NCBI GenBank assembly: GCA_026706845.1
Contig: JAPOXY010000024.1
Span: 4,468 to 68,467, forward strand
DNA from: Gemmatimonadota bacterium
GTDB taxonomy: Bacteria; Latescibacterota; UBA2968
Reading direction: 5' to 3'
DNA: 64,000 bases
Below the pieces are notes generated by a model. That model ran no database searches, was not told the DNA's origin, and was given only the letters and a program-made list of their open reading frames with translations. Each line of letters opens with the position of its first letter. Within the stretch, counting starts at the first letter, position 1. A program made the translations under genes and the position numbers. This document shows, piece after piece, positions 48,860 through 56,796 of the stretch.

Positions 48860-49572
48860 AAATCAAAAAACTCTTTCAAAAAACGCGGTTCGGCATCTTC
48901 GCGCTATTTGGTATGATCAGCCTGTCAACATCCGCCTTGTGTATTTATACGGTCGATACACACTTGTCGGAAGAATACGAGAACAACAGCAAGAACATCG
49001 CGAAGACCATCGCCGACTCCAGTGTCGATATTCTCTTAAATCGGGACCTCGCAGCTCTGCAATCGCTCATCGATCAATTTGTCGAAATCCAGAGCATCAA
49101 ATACATCTATATTACAGATGAATCAGGTGAATTTCTCGCCCACACATTCGTGCCTGGCATTCCCGAAGTCATTCGAGCAGACGACCCATTCAAGACAGAA
49201 GCCATAGAACGCAATCTACCCGGAATGGGCGATTTCGTGGAAGTTGGCAGTCCGATTCTGGCAGGCATTGCCGGCACGGTTCACGTGGGCATGGACACGG
49301 GGCTGATTGCGCTCAAAATACAACGGGCAATCGGAAGGCAGGTCTATCTCATCTGCATCATACTCGTGATAGGCTTCTTTGCTGCGATATGGCTCGTCAA
49401 CCTCGCGGCGAATCCCCTCGGCGACCTCCTCGCTTATGCAGTGGGTCGCGCGCGCGGTGGAAATGGAGCTTCGGACGACAAACTGCTATCGCGCGACGAC
49501 GAGGTCGGACACCTCGCCAACCTCTTCTTCTATGTTTCTGAGGGTAAAAAAAGCGATCAATCGGACACATAA
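48856..49572 (+). CDS. Membrane sensor stub: periplasmic Cache-like domain, TM segment and HAMP-like segment, with no output domain
   Basis: TM1 (FGIFALFGMISLSTSALCIY), a periplasmic region with IKYIYITDESGEFLAHTF, TM2 (VYLICIILVIGFFAAIWLV) and a HAMP-like ANPLGDLL...RDDEVGHLANLF. The protein ends about 15 aa later. ATGA overlap with the PBP gene. Confidence 0.55.
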   Translation: MKIKKLFQKTRFGIFALFGMISLSTSALCIYTVDTHLSEEYENNSKNIAKTIADSSVDILLNRDLAALQSLIDQFVEIQSIKYIYITDESGEFLAHTFVPGIPEVIRADDPFKTEAIERNLPGMGDFVEVGSPILAGIAGTVHVGMDTGLIALKIQRAIGRQVYLICIILVIGFFAAIWLVNLAANPLGDLLAYAVGRARGGNGASDDKLLSRDDEVGHLANLFFYVSEGKKSDQSDT

Positions 49573-49574
49573 AA

Positions 49575-50876
49575 ATGGCAAAACGGGAAATACAGATTCC
49601 GCGTTCAGTCATCGCGCTCTTATGCACGCTCCTGCAACTCTGTTTCGGCACCGTGTACGCGTGGAGCTTCTTTCAAACGCTTCTGGTCAGACAACTCGGC
49701 TGGACGTTCACAGAAACCGCATGGGCTTTTAGCATCGCGATCTTTTCCCTCGGCACATCTGCGGCCTGGGCAGGTGCGACGCTACCGCGATTTGGACCTC
49801 GCAAACTCGCAGTCGCGGGCAGTGTCATGTTTTCCGGCGGATATATGATCGCGAGCCTCGCCCTTCATCTGGACTTTATCCCACTCTTTTACCTGGGATA
49901 CGGCGTTATCGGCGGTGCGGGAATTGGACTTGGCTATGTAACGCCGGTTGCAACTGCGGCAAAGTGGTTTCCAGATCGCAAGGGTCTGGTGACAGGCATC
50001 GTCGTGATGGGATTTGGCGTGGGTGCATTTCTCTTGAGCAAAGTGCTGGCACCCTTTCTCGTACTGCGAACAGAATCGGATCTGCCCCTTGTCTTCTTGT
50101 GGCTCGGCATAGTATTTGCCTGTATCCTCTTGCCCTCCAGCTTTGTGTTGAGCGATCCCAAAGCCGCAGTTGTACCCGCTGTTGCTGACGATGAACCGAT
50201 GGAATACGAAGACACTGTCGCGCCCTATCTGCGGTCTTCTGAATTTGCCCTCATGTGGATCGTATTTTTTTTCAACATCGCCGCGGGCATCTCCGTCATC
50301 AGCTTTCAGTCGGAACTCCTGCAAGAAGTTTGGGGATTTGCGGATCCATCCCTGGAGCCAGTAACACTCGCCGAATATGGCGCCACGCTCATCGCCGTCA
50401 GTTCCCTGTGCAACGGCGTGGGGCGGCTCTTCTGGGGATTGCTATCGGATCGCATAGGTCGCGTTGGCGTCTTCAGAATCTTACTCGCCAGCCAGATGAT
50501 CGTCTTCGGTATCTTAATGACAGAGCGCAACCCCTGGATCTTTTCCGCGCTCGTCTGTTATGTCCTGTTGTGCTTTGGCGGCGGCTTTGCCACAATGCCA
50601 TCTTTTGTTCTCGACGTTTTTGGCAGCAAAAAAATGTCCACAATCTACGGGGCAATACTAACCGCCTGGGCAGCAGCGGGAATCTTTGGACCGCTCTACG
50701 TAGGATACCTGAAAGACGAATACCCCGACCGCGCAGTCATATATTGCTTCTTGATCGGGATTTTTATGCTCGGCCTCGGCTACGTCTTCTCCTATTTGTT
50801 AAACGACGACCGCATTCGCCTTAGTAGGCCAACACTGGAAAGCACCCTGCGCCAGTATGGCATTTTATCCCAATAA
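49575..50876 (+). CDS. MFS transporter (oxalate/formate antiporter-like)
   Basis: Twelve predicted TM segments and the OFA-type N-terminal motif LCFGTVYAWSFF. Confidence 0.85.
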   Translation: MAKREIQIPRSVIALLCTLLQLCFGTVYAWSFFQTLLVRQLGWTFTETAWAFSIAIFSLGTSAAWAGATLPRFGPRKLAVAGSVMFSGGYMIASLALHLDFIPLFYLGYGVIGGAGIGLGYVTPVATAAKWFPDRKGLVTGIVVMGFGVGAFLLSKVLAPFLVLRTESDLPLVFLWLGIVFACILLPSSFVLSDPKAAVVPAVADDEPMEYEDTVAPYLRSSEFALMWIVFFFNIAAGISVISFQSELLQEVWGFADPSLEPVTLAEYGATLIAVSSLCNGVGRLFWGLLSDRIGRVGVFRILLASQMIVFGILMTERNPWIFSALVCYVLLCFGGGFATMPSFVLDVFGSKKMSTIYGAILTAWAAAGIFGPLYVGYLKDEYPDRAVIYCFLIGIFMLGLGYVFSYLLNDDRIRLSRPTLESTLRQYGILSQ

Positions 50877-50888
50877 TGAGGAATACAC

Positions 50889-51878
50889 ATGTCTGAACTT
50901 CCACAACCAACCGAAGACCTCGCACAGGTCAAAACACAACTCGACACCTGTGGGTATGGCCTGCTCGCCAACGCGCTCAATGCAGAAGACCTCTCAAAAA
51001 TAAAAACCCGTCTAAAAGAACAAGCCCTTGCCGAAAAACAACGCGGGCTTGCATTTGAAGACGGAGGTGCAAAACAAAACTGGGGGGATTTTAGAAATAA
51101 AAACGGGCAGGTACGCGCAGGGGCGTTTACACAATCGGCAGGAGGCGTCAACCAGCGCGTGTGGATGCTGATCAACAAAGGTCGGGTATTTCAAGACATG
51201 CTATTACACTCAGGGGTTCGCAACATCATAGATCACGCACTGGGCAATGATTATTTGCTATCGAGCCATTCGGCCAACATCGCCAAACCCGGCGGCGTTC
51301 CCATGCGCCTGCACACAGACCAGTGGTGGATGCCCATGCCAACGCGCGCAGACCGAACGCATTTGCCCGCAGGCTCTATCAGCCGCGAGCAAACAGACGA
51401 ATCCGATACTGCATCCATCTGGCCCCGCGTCGTCGTCAACGTAGTATGGATGATCGGCGACTTCACAGCAGAAAACGGCGGCACCCGCATCGTTCCCAGC
51501 AGTCACCTGTGGGGACGCCGCCCAGACAATCCCGACGACAACGCCATCGAAACAGTCGCCCTCGAAGGTCCATCCGGCACAATTGGATTCCTCGACGGAC
51601 GCATCTGGCACGGCACGGGAGCCAATATAAGCGATCAACTGCGCTGGGCCATACTCACCACATTTTGCGGACCCCAGTTCCGTCCACAGGAAAATTTTAC
51701 CATAGGCACGGCACCCGAAGTCCTCGCCGAGGCATCGCCCGATCTCCTGTCTTTACTCGGATTCAAAGTGTGGAATGCCTACGGACGTGTCGAAAGCCCA
51801 GCCGTAGAATATATCCAACCCGGCGAACAATCCCTGGGCGAAATGCGTCCTGAACGTACAGTTGGGAGAAACTTTTAA
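50889..51878 (+). CDS. Phytanoyl-CoA dioxygenase (PhyH)-family oxygenase
   Basis: GYGLLANAL N-terminus, LHTDQWW (H-x-D) and the distal IWHGTGAN. Confidence 0.75.
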   Translation: MSELPQPTEDLAQVKTQLDTCGYGLLANALNAEDLSKIKTRLKEQALAEKQRGLAFEDGGAKQNWGDFRNKNGQVRAGAFTQSAGGVNQRVWMLINKGRVFQDMLLHSGVRNIIDHALGNDYLLSSHSANIAKPGGVPMRLHTDQWWMPMPTRADRTHLPAGSISREQTDESDTASIWPRVVVNVVWMIGDFTAENGGTRIVPSSHLWGRRPDNPDDNAIETVALEGPSGTIGFLDGRIWHGTGANISDQLRWAILTTFCGPQFRPQENFTIGTAPEVLAEASPDLLSLLGFKVWNAYGRVESPAVEYIQPGEQSLGEMRPERTVGRNF

Positions 51879-51903
51879 GCATACAGATTTGTCAAAAGTA
51901 GGT

Positions 51904-51989
51904 AGGGGGTGAACGGTCCAAGGGGGCCGCCCGACACTGGTCGGTGGTGCGGGCAACTGCATAGGGTTCGATTCCCTCACCCTCTGCCA
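51904..51989 (+). tRNA. Non-canonical tRNA-like RNA, copy A (8-bp acceptor / 4-bp T stem, long variable arm, G73, encoded CCA; no canonical anticodon loop)
   Basis: AGGGGGTG pairs with CACCCTCT (8 bp, one G:U). D arm CGGTCC-AAGG-GGGCCG. Hairpin CCGAC-ACTG-GTCGG in the anticodon position. Variable arm GTGCGG-GCAA-CTGCAT. T arm AGGG-TTCGATT-CCCT, then G-CCA. Confidence 0.55.
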
Positions 51990-52009
51990 AAAAACAACAG
52001 TATAAATGC

Positions 52010-52098
52010 AGGGGGTGAACACCATTTGGCATGGGGCGGAGCATTCTGGCTTCGTGTGTGGGCAACCACTCAGGGTTCGATTCCCTCACCCTCTGCCA
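52010..52098 (+). tRNA. Non-canonical tRNA-like RNA, copy B (same 8/4 architecture)
   Basis: Acceptor, T arm and GCCA end are identical to copy A. D arm CACCAT-TTGGC-ATGGGG (one A:G mismatch). Hairpin GGAGC-ATTCTG-GCTTC. Variable arm GTGTGG-GCAA-CCACTC. Stem sequences differ from copy A but remain paired. Confidence 0.55.
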
Positions 52099-52100
52099 GC

Positions 52101-52874
52101 CTACCCGAACATCTCTTTTGCAAACGCCAAATTTTTCTTACCCGATGCCACAGGATCAGCACCCCCTGGCGTTTCAAAAATCAGCCAACCCTCGTAACCG
52201 ATCTGTGCAATCGCATCTCGACACGCGGGAAAATCCACATCACCTTCGCCCAGATCAGAACGCCGCGTATCTTTAATATGAATCAATTGTGTGTGTTCAG
52301 GTAAAGTAACGAGCATATCGACCGAATCGTACCCGTATTGCAGCGCATTAGCCGTATCCTGATACACCCCCACCATCTCAGATCCCACACCATCGCAAAT
52401 CGTTCTCAACAATCCCGGAGAAAAACTCGTCTCCAGAGCAACCTTAATACCCTCGTCTTCGGCGACAGGGGCGCATCGCTTCATATCCTCAATCAACAAT
52501 TCTGCATGCGCGCTCGACATATCGAGATTCTCCCCATCGAAATACGGAAGCAAAATACCGACACCTCCCATCCCCTTACACGCGCGGATCGCCTTTTGCA
52601 CAAGCTCCACCACGCGGTCGCGCACAGCCTCATCTTCCTCATTCCCCTTGTATTCTCGAAACAGGGCAAAACTTATTGAACACGCTTGCGCGCCCGTCTC
52701 CTCAACCCATCGCCCAACCTCCTCCCGGCCCGCCGCGCTCAAAAGCCAATCCAACCGCTCCTCCTCTCGCAGTACAATCTCCACCCCATCAAACCCAATA
52801 TCCCCTGCTGTGGCAAAAGCGTCTTTCCCCCAATCCATATTCAGACTCGCATTGCGAATCCCGTACAAATACAT
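52101..52874 (-). CDS. Sugar phosphate isomerase/epimerase (xylose-isomerase-like TIM barrel)
   Basis: 257 aa. The pattern GFDGVEI, ALET and HIKD is typical of the AP-endonuclease-2/xylose-isomerase-like TIM family. Confidence 0.8.
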   Translation of the reverse strand: MYLYGIRNASLNMDWGKDAFATAGDIGFDGVEIVLREEERLDWLLSAAGREEVGRWVEETGAQACSISFALFREYKGNEEDEAVRDRVVELVQKAIRACKGMGGVGILLPYFDGENLDMSSAHAELLIEDMKRCAPVAEDEGIKVALETSFSPGLLRTICDGVGSEMVGVYQDTANALQYGYDSVDMLVTLPEHTQLIHIKDTRRSDLGEGDVDFPACRDAIAQIGYEGWLIFETPGGADPVASGKKNLAFAKEMFG

Positions 52875-52913
52875 AGCAAATCCTTTCGTTGAATGTTGTA
52901 AACAGTATAAGCT

Positions 52914-53825
52914 CTACGCCTCGTACGGCACCCCGGTGCGCCGCAATTCCTTAGGAACCGCAATCTGACACGTAACATAACCACCCATATAGCCCGTAGC
53001 ATAGCCGGGCCGCGCATCGCCAATCGTGCCCACAATCATATTGGCGTATTCGTACGTCGTATCGTAACGGTCAATAATCAGAGCCACCATTTCCAACCAT
53101 GCCAGCCTGAGAGCCTCGCCCCACTCGGTCGCCCGGGCACTGGTCAGATACTCCTCGGCAGCTTCTACCACCGTAGTCGTCTCCACCACCGGACTGCTAT
53201 TGGGAAAACCGGGAGAGCGATCCACCTTTATAGTAACCGCCGCGTCGATCTCCACACCAGCACCTGTCAACTCGCCATCGCCCATCCGCGCATGGACATC
53301 GCCCAGAGAGAGCAAGCCCCCGGGCTTTTGGGCGCGAATATGCACAGTACTGCCCGGCTGAACCGCGTTAAAATCCATATTGCCGCCGTGATCAATCGAA
53401 TGGGCAGCCCACGGTTCCAACTGAACCACGCCAACCATGGGACGCACCGGCACCACAAAATCCGGCGGAAAGTGGATCAACCCATCCCGCACAGGCGCCA
53501 CGCAGCGCCAGTTGCCCCAGTTGGGACCGCCATTGCGATAAAAACCGTAGGGACCCACCTCAATAGCGATAATCTCAATAGCGACCCAGTCATCGGGCGC
53601 AATCCCTTCAATGCGAAAAGGACCACCACGACGGGCATAGCGGCGGTGGCTTTCTCCAGAAGTAATCATCCCCGCACGGACCTCACCAGCAGCCTCAAAA
53701 TCATTATCAGCCCCGCCGATCGTCTCAATAACCACGGTCTCACCCAGGGCAAGCGTACCCCGCACCTCGCCAATAGCCGGATCATCCGGCCCGCTGTAAT
53801 AGGGCGTTCGCGTAAAGCGACGCAT
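52914..53825 (-). CDS. Acetamidase/formamidase-family protein
   Basis: LSLGDVHARMGDGELTGAGVEIDA matches the FmdA/AmdA active-site region. ATG at 53825 with an AAGGAG RBS; the ORF-track start at 53894 overlaps the upstream gene. Confidence 0.8.
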   Translation of the reverse strand: MRRFTRTPYYSGPDDPAIGEVRGTLALGETVVIETIGGADNDFEAAGEVRAGMITSGESHRRYARRGGPFRIEGIAPDDWVAIEIIAIEVGPYGFYRNGGPNWGNWRCVAPVRDGLIHFPPDFVVPVRPMVGVVQLEPWAAHSIDHGGNMDFNAVQPGSTVHIRAQKPGGLLSLGDVHARMGDGELTGAGVEIDAAVTIKVDRSPGFPNSSPVVETTTVVEAAEEYLTSARATEWGEALRLAWLEMVALIIDRYDTTYEYANMIVGTIGDARPGYATGYMGGYVTCQIAVPKELRRTGVPYEA

Positions 53826-53853
53826 AGAAAATCTCCTTATGTAATAGGTACTT

Positions 53854-54975
53854 TTACCGTGGATCCCCCGGCTGCCAGCGGTGTTTCTCAACACCGTCCA
53901 TATCGAGTTCTACACCCCAGCCGGGACCCTCTGGCAACAATATGCACCCACCTTCGATTTTAAGCGGCTCAGTGATAATCTCATCGCGCCAATCAATACC
54001 GGTAACCAGTTCCATAGGCGCGGCATTGGGTATAGACGCCATCAGATGCGTTGCCGCGGCAATGCCCACCGGACCTTTGGTATTGTGCGGCGAAATGGGA
54101 ACGTGGTACGTATCGGCAATCGCGGCAATCTTCCGCACCTCCGTAATCCCCCCGGCATACATCAGATCCGGCTGGGCAATATCGACGCCATCCAGATCTA
54201 ACAACTGGCGGAACTGGCTCCTCGTATTGAGCCGCTCCGACCCCATCACCGGAATATTAATAGCGCGTCGCACCTTGGGATAAGCACTTAAATCGTCTGG
54301 CGGCACCGGATCCTCAAACGCGTACAGATCAAAAGGCTCCAGTATTCGTGCCAGACGAATACAACCGGACACAGTCAAACGCCCGTGACAATCGATAAAC
54401 AGCTTGACATCGGGACCCACCGCCTGGCGCACCGCCTCAAAACGGGCGGCTGTTTTTTTGGGATCGCCCGTCTCGACATACGGATCAAATTGATCATCAC
54501 TATCGCTACCCATACCACCTTTAAGTGCCCGAAAACCGAGTTCCACCAGCCGTTGCGCGTGCGCCGCAGCCGCCTCTGGCGTACTCCCGCCAAAATGGGT
54601 GTACACCTCGACCCGATCGCGGAACACACCGCCCAATAACTCCACAACCGGCATACCCGCCACCTTGCCCTTTATATCCCACAAAGCCTGATCAATACCC
54701 GACAGCGCACTCATCCACACTGGCCCGCTCATGCGCCAGATACCACTGAGAGAAGATTGCCGAAACAAATAGTACCACAGATACTCAATCCGCGCGGGAT
54801 CGCACCCGATGAGTTCTTGCTTCATATGCTCGACCGCCGCACAGACCACGGGTTCCTTATTGGAATACGTGGCCTCACCCAAACCCATAAGCCCCTCATC
54901 GGTATGGACCCGAACAATCGTCCACTTGCGGCCGGGAGAATTAATCATAATAGTATCTATATCGACGATCTTCAT
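53854..54975 (-). CDS. Enolase-superfamily dehydratase (mandelate racemase/muconate lactonizing family, sugar-acid dehydratase-like)
   Basis: GLMGLGEAT capping-domain motif, metal ligands in KLFIDCHG and AFEDP, and HN near the C-terminus. The ATG at 54975 avoids overlap with the upstream gene. Confidence 0.85.
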   Translation of the reverse strand: MKIVDIDTIMINSPGRKWTIVRVHTDEGLMGLGEATYSNKEPVVCAAVEHMKQELIGCDPARIEYLWYYLFRQSSLSGIWRMSGPVWMSALSGIDQALWDIKGKVAGMPVVELLGGVFRDRVEVYTHFGGSTPEAAAAHAQRLVELGFRALKGGMGSDSDDQFDPYVETGDPKKTAARFEAVRQAVGPDVKLFIDCHGRLTVSGCIRLARILEPFDLYAFEDPVPPDDLSAYPKVRRAINIPVMGSERLNTRSQFRQLLDLDGVDIAQPDLMYAGGITEVRKIAAIADTYHVPISPHNTKGPVGIAAATHLMASIPNAAPMELVTGIDWRDEIITEPLKIEGGCILLPEGPGWGVELDMDGVEKHRWQPGDPR

Positions 54976-54997
54976 ACCGCGAACCAAACCTAAAAAA

Positions 54998-55945
54998 TCA
55001 TTCCAATTGACCTTTATGTCCCGCCTCAATCGCTTCGCACAACCTCATCGTCTTGATCGCATCCTCAAGCGTGCTCCACGGCTGCGTATCGTTTTGTATG
55101 CACGCCACGAAATGCCGGGTCTCGTTGAAGTCGGGACCGCCAACCGATTCCAGATCTAACTCGCCCTCAAACGGGCCTCCGTCAGCATAGATCTCACACC
55201 TGGGGCCACTCGTGAGATCCACGTACGCGCTAAAATCTTCCGCATGCGCTTCAAACCGCTGAATGCGGTATCCAACGGCGTAGTGGCTCATCATCACGCC
55301 CCGGCAGCCGCTTTCGAACTTGATCACGGCATTGTGGCGCATCTCGGCAGGGTGGGAAGGCGCAGACCACGCCTCTGAGTAAACCTCGATGGCATCACCT
55401 GCCAGCCACCGCAACAGATCCACATGGTGGATCGCGTCCAATCGGATAAGATGTCCGACATCCCGGACCTTGTCTCCAATATGCGGCTTGTTGTACGTCG
55501 CCGCCACGTGAACGGGACCGCCTCGATCGTGCAGCATGGCCCGAATCGCCAGCACTTCTGGAATGTATCGCCTGTTCACTGAAACAATCGCTCTGGCACT
55601 GGATCGCTGTTCGGCCTCCATCATCCGTCGGGTCTGATCCGAACTGATGCCCGGGGGCTTCTCTACCGAGGTATGCAGCCCGGCCTCCAGACAGTCAATC
55701 ACAATGTCGGGCAGTGGCCCTGGAAAGGTCACAACATAGACCACGTCCAATTGCACCTTCTCGATCATCTCCCGGTAATCCGTAAAAAGGGACGTCACAC
55801 CGTGCGTTTCTCGCGTGTGCGCCAGCCTTTCTGGATCCAGGTCTGCAACCGCAACCAACGCCATTTCCGGCACGTCCTGGATCATCCTGAAGTGGCTCTG
55901 TGCGTGCCCCCCCGCACCGATAATCCCCACTCTTAGCTCTGACAT
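54998..55945 (-). CDS. Gfo/Idh/MocA-family oxidoreductase
   Basis: LRVGIIGAGGHAQSH Rossmann motif and an EKP motif. ATG at 55945 with an AGAGGGGG RBS; the ORF-track extension to 56164 overlaps the upstream gene. Confidence 0.88.
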   Translation of the reverse strand: MSELRVGIIGAGGHAQSHFRMIQDVPEMALVAVADLDPERLAHTRETHGVTSLFTDYREMIEKVQLDVVYVVTFPGPLPDIVIDCLEAGLHTSVEKPPGISSDQTRRMMEAEQRSSARAIVSVNRRYIPEVLAIRAMLHDRGGPVHVAATYNKPHIGDKVRDVGHLIRLDAIHHVDLLRWLAGDAIEVYSEAWSAPSHPAEMRHNAVIKFESGCRGVMMSHYAVGYRIQRFEAHAEDFSAYVDLTSGPRCEIYADGGPFEGELDLESVGGPDFNETRHFVACIQNDTQPWSTLEDAIKTMRLCEAIEAGHKGQLE

Positions 55946-55961
55946 CGTCGTACCCCCTCTT

Positions 55962-56777
55962 TCAAATACAGTGAGACCCAAACTCGCGGTACTCGCGCAC
56001 GGGCAACTCGTGATACTCGCGCACCAGTTTTTCCAGACGTTCACAGGCCAGTTCAAAAATGCGCGCACCCTTTTCCGCACTCGCAGCAAACGCATCGCCC
56101 ATAATACCCGTATCCTTTTTCGTATCGCGTCGCCGCTCGGCAAATTCCGCAAACGACAGATCATCGCTAAACGGCCTCGTCCCCGTCACATCGCTATCAA
56201 TACGGCTCTTATCAACCAGATGTTCGCGCAAATGAAGCTGCACAGCTGTCTCCCACTCCCCGGCATGCCCCACGCCCTCATTTGTCGCGCTCCATTCCCT
56301 CAATTCCTTATCCACCATATCCCACCAGCTAAATGACAGCGTAAAAATATTCTCCTCTGCCACCTGCCACGAAACAGCGCGACAGGGCGCAGCATTGCCC
56401 CCGTGTCCATTGACAGAAATAATCCGCTTGAACCCATTCGCATAAATACTGCGAAAAATATCCGCCAGCAAATTCTGAAACGTCTCCAAACGCAAATTAA
56501 TCGTACCGGGAAATCCCATATTATAATGCGTAAACCCCGACCACACCGGCGGCGCGACAATCACGGGAAAATCATCCACGCGCTGGGCAACAGCCACGGC
56601 CATATAGAACGGCGCCGAAATATCCACATCCATCGGGCAATGCGGCCCGTGCTGCTCCACGGATCCCACCGGCACAATCACCACGGGATCGCGCTCCAAA
56701 GCGTCCTCAAACTCATGCCGCCACATCTCCTGCCACATCACCTTCTTATTACTACCATCATAAGAAGCTCTATACAT
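55962..56777 (-). CDS. Creatininase-family amidohydrolase
   Basis: VPVGSVEQHGPHCPMDVD and VNGHGGN motifs typical of the creatinine amidohydrolase family. ATG at 56777 with a GGGAGG RBS. Confidence 0.85.
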   Translation of the reverse strand: MYRASYDGSNKKVMWQEMWRHEFEDALERDPVVIVPVGSVEQHGPHCPMDVDISAPFYMAVAVAQRVDDFPVIVAPPVWSGFTHYNMGFPGTINLRLETFQNLLADIFRSIYANGFKRIISVNGHGGNAAPCRAVSWQVAEENIFTLSFSWWDMVDKELREWSATNEGVGHAGEWETAVQLHLREHLVDKSRIDSDVTGTRPFSDDLSFAEFAERRRDTKKDTGIMGDAFAASAEKGARIFELACERLEKLVREYHELPVREYREFGSHCI

Positions 56778-56796
56778 GACTAATCCTCCCAGAAAT

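Noticed and set aside
51904-52098. Selenocysteine tRNA (selC) identity for the tRNA-like pair
   Set aside because: The extended acceptor, long variable arm and G73 resemble tRNASec. But there is no UCA anticodon, the T stem is 4 bp rather than 5 bp, the loops in the anticodon position are 4 and 6 nt, and no selA/selB/selD genes are nearby.
51753-52304. Overlapping ORFs across the tRNA-like region: minus-strand 51753..52025 and 51892..52089, plus-strand 51909..52304, 52006..52197 and 52031..52276
   Set aside because: They overlap the structured RNA pair or the convergent TIM-barrel gene. They have no RBS or recognisable motifs and low-complexity products, so they are most likely chance ORFs.
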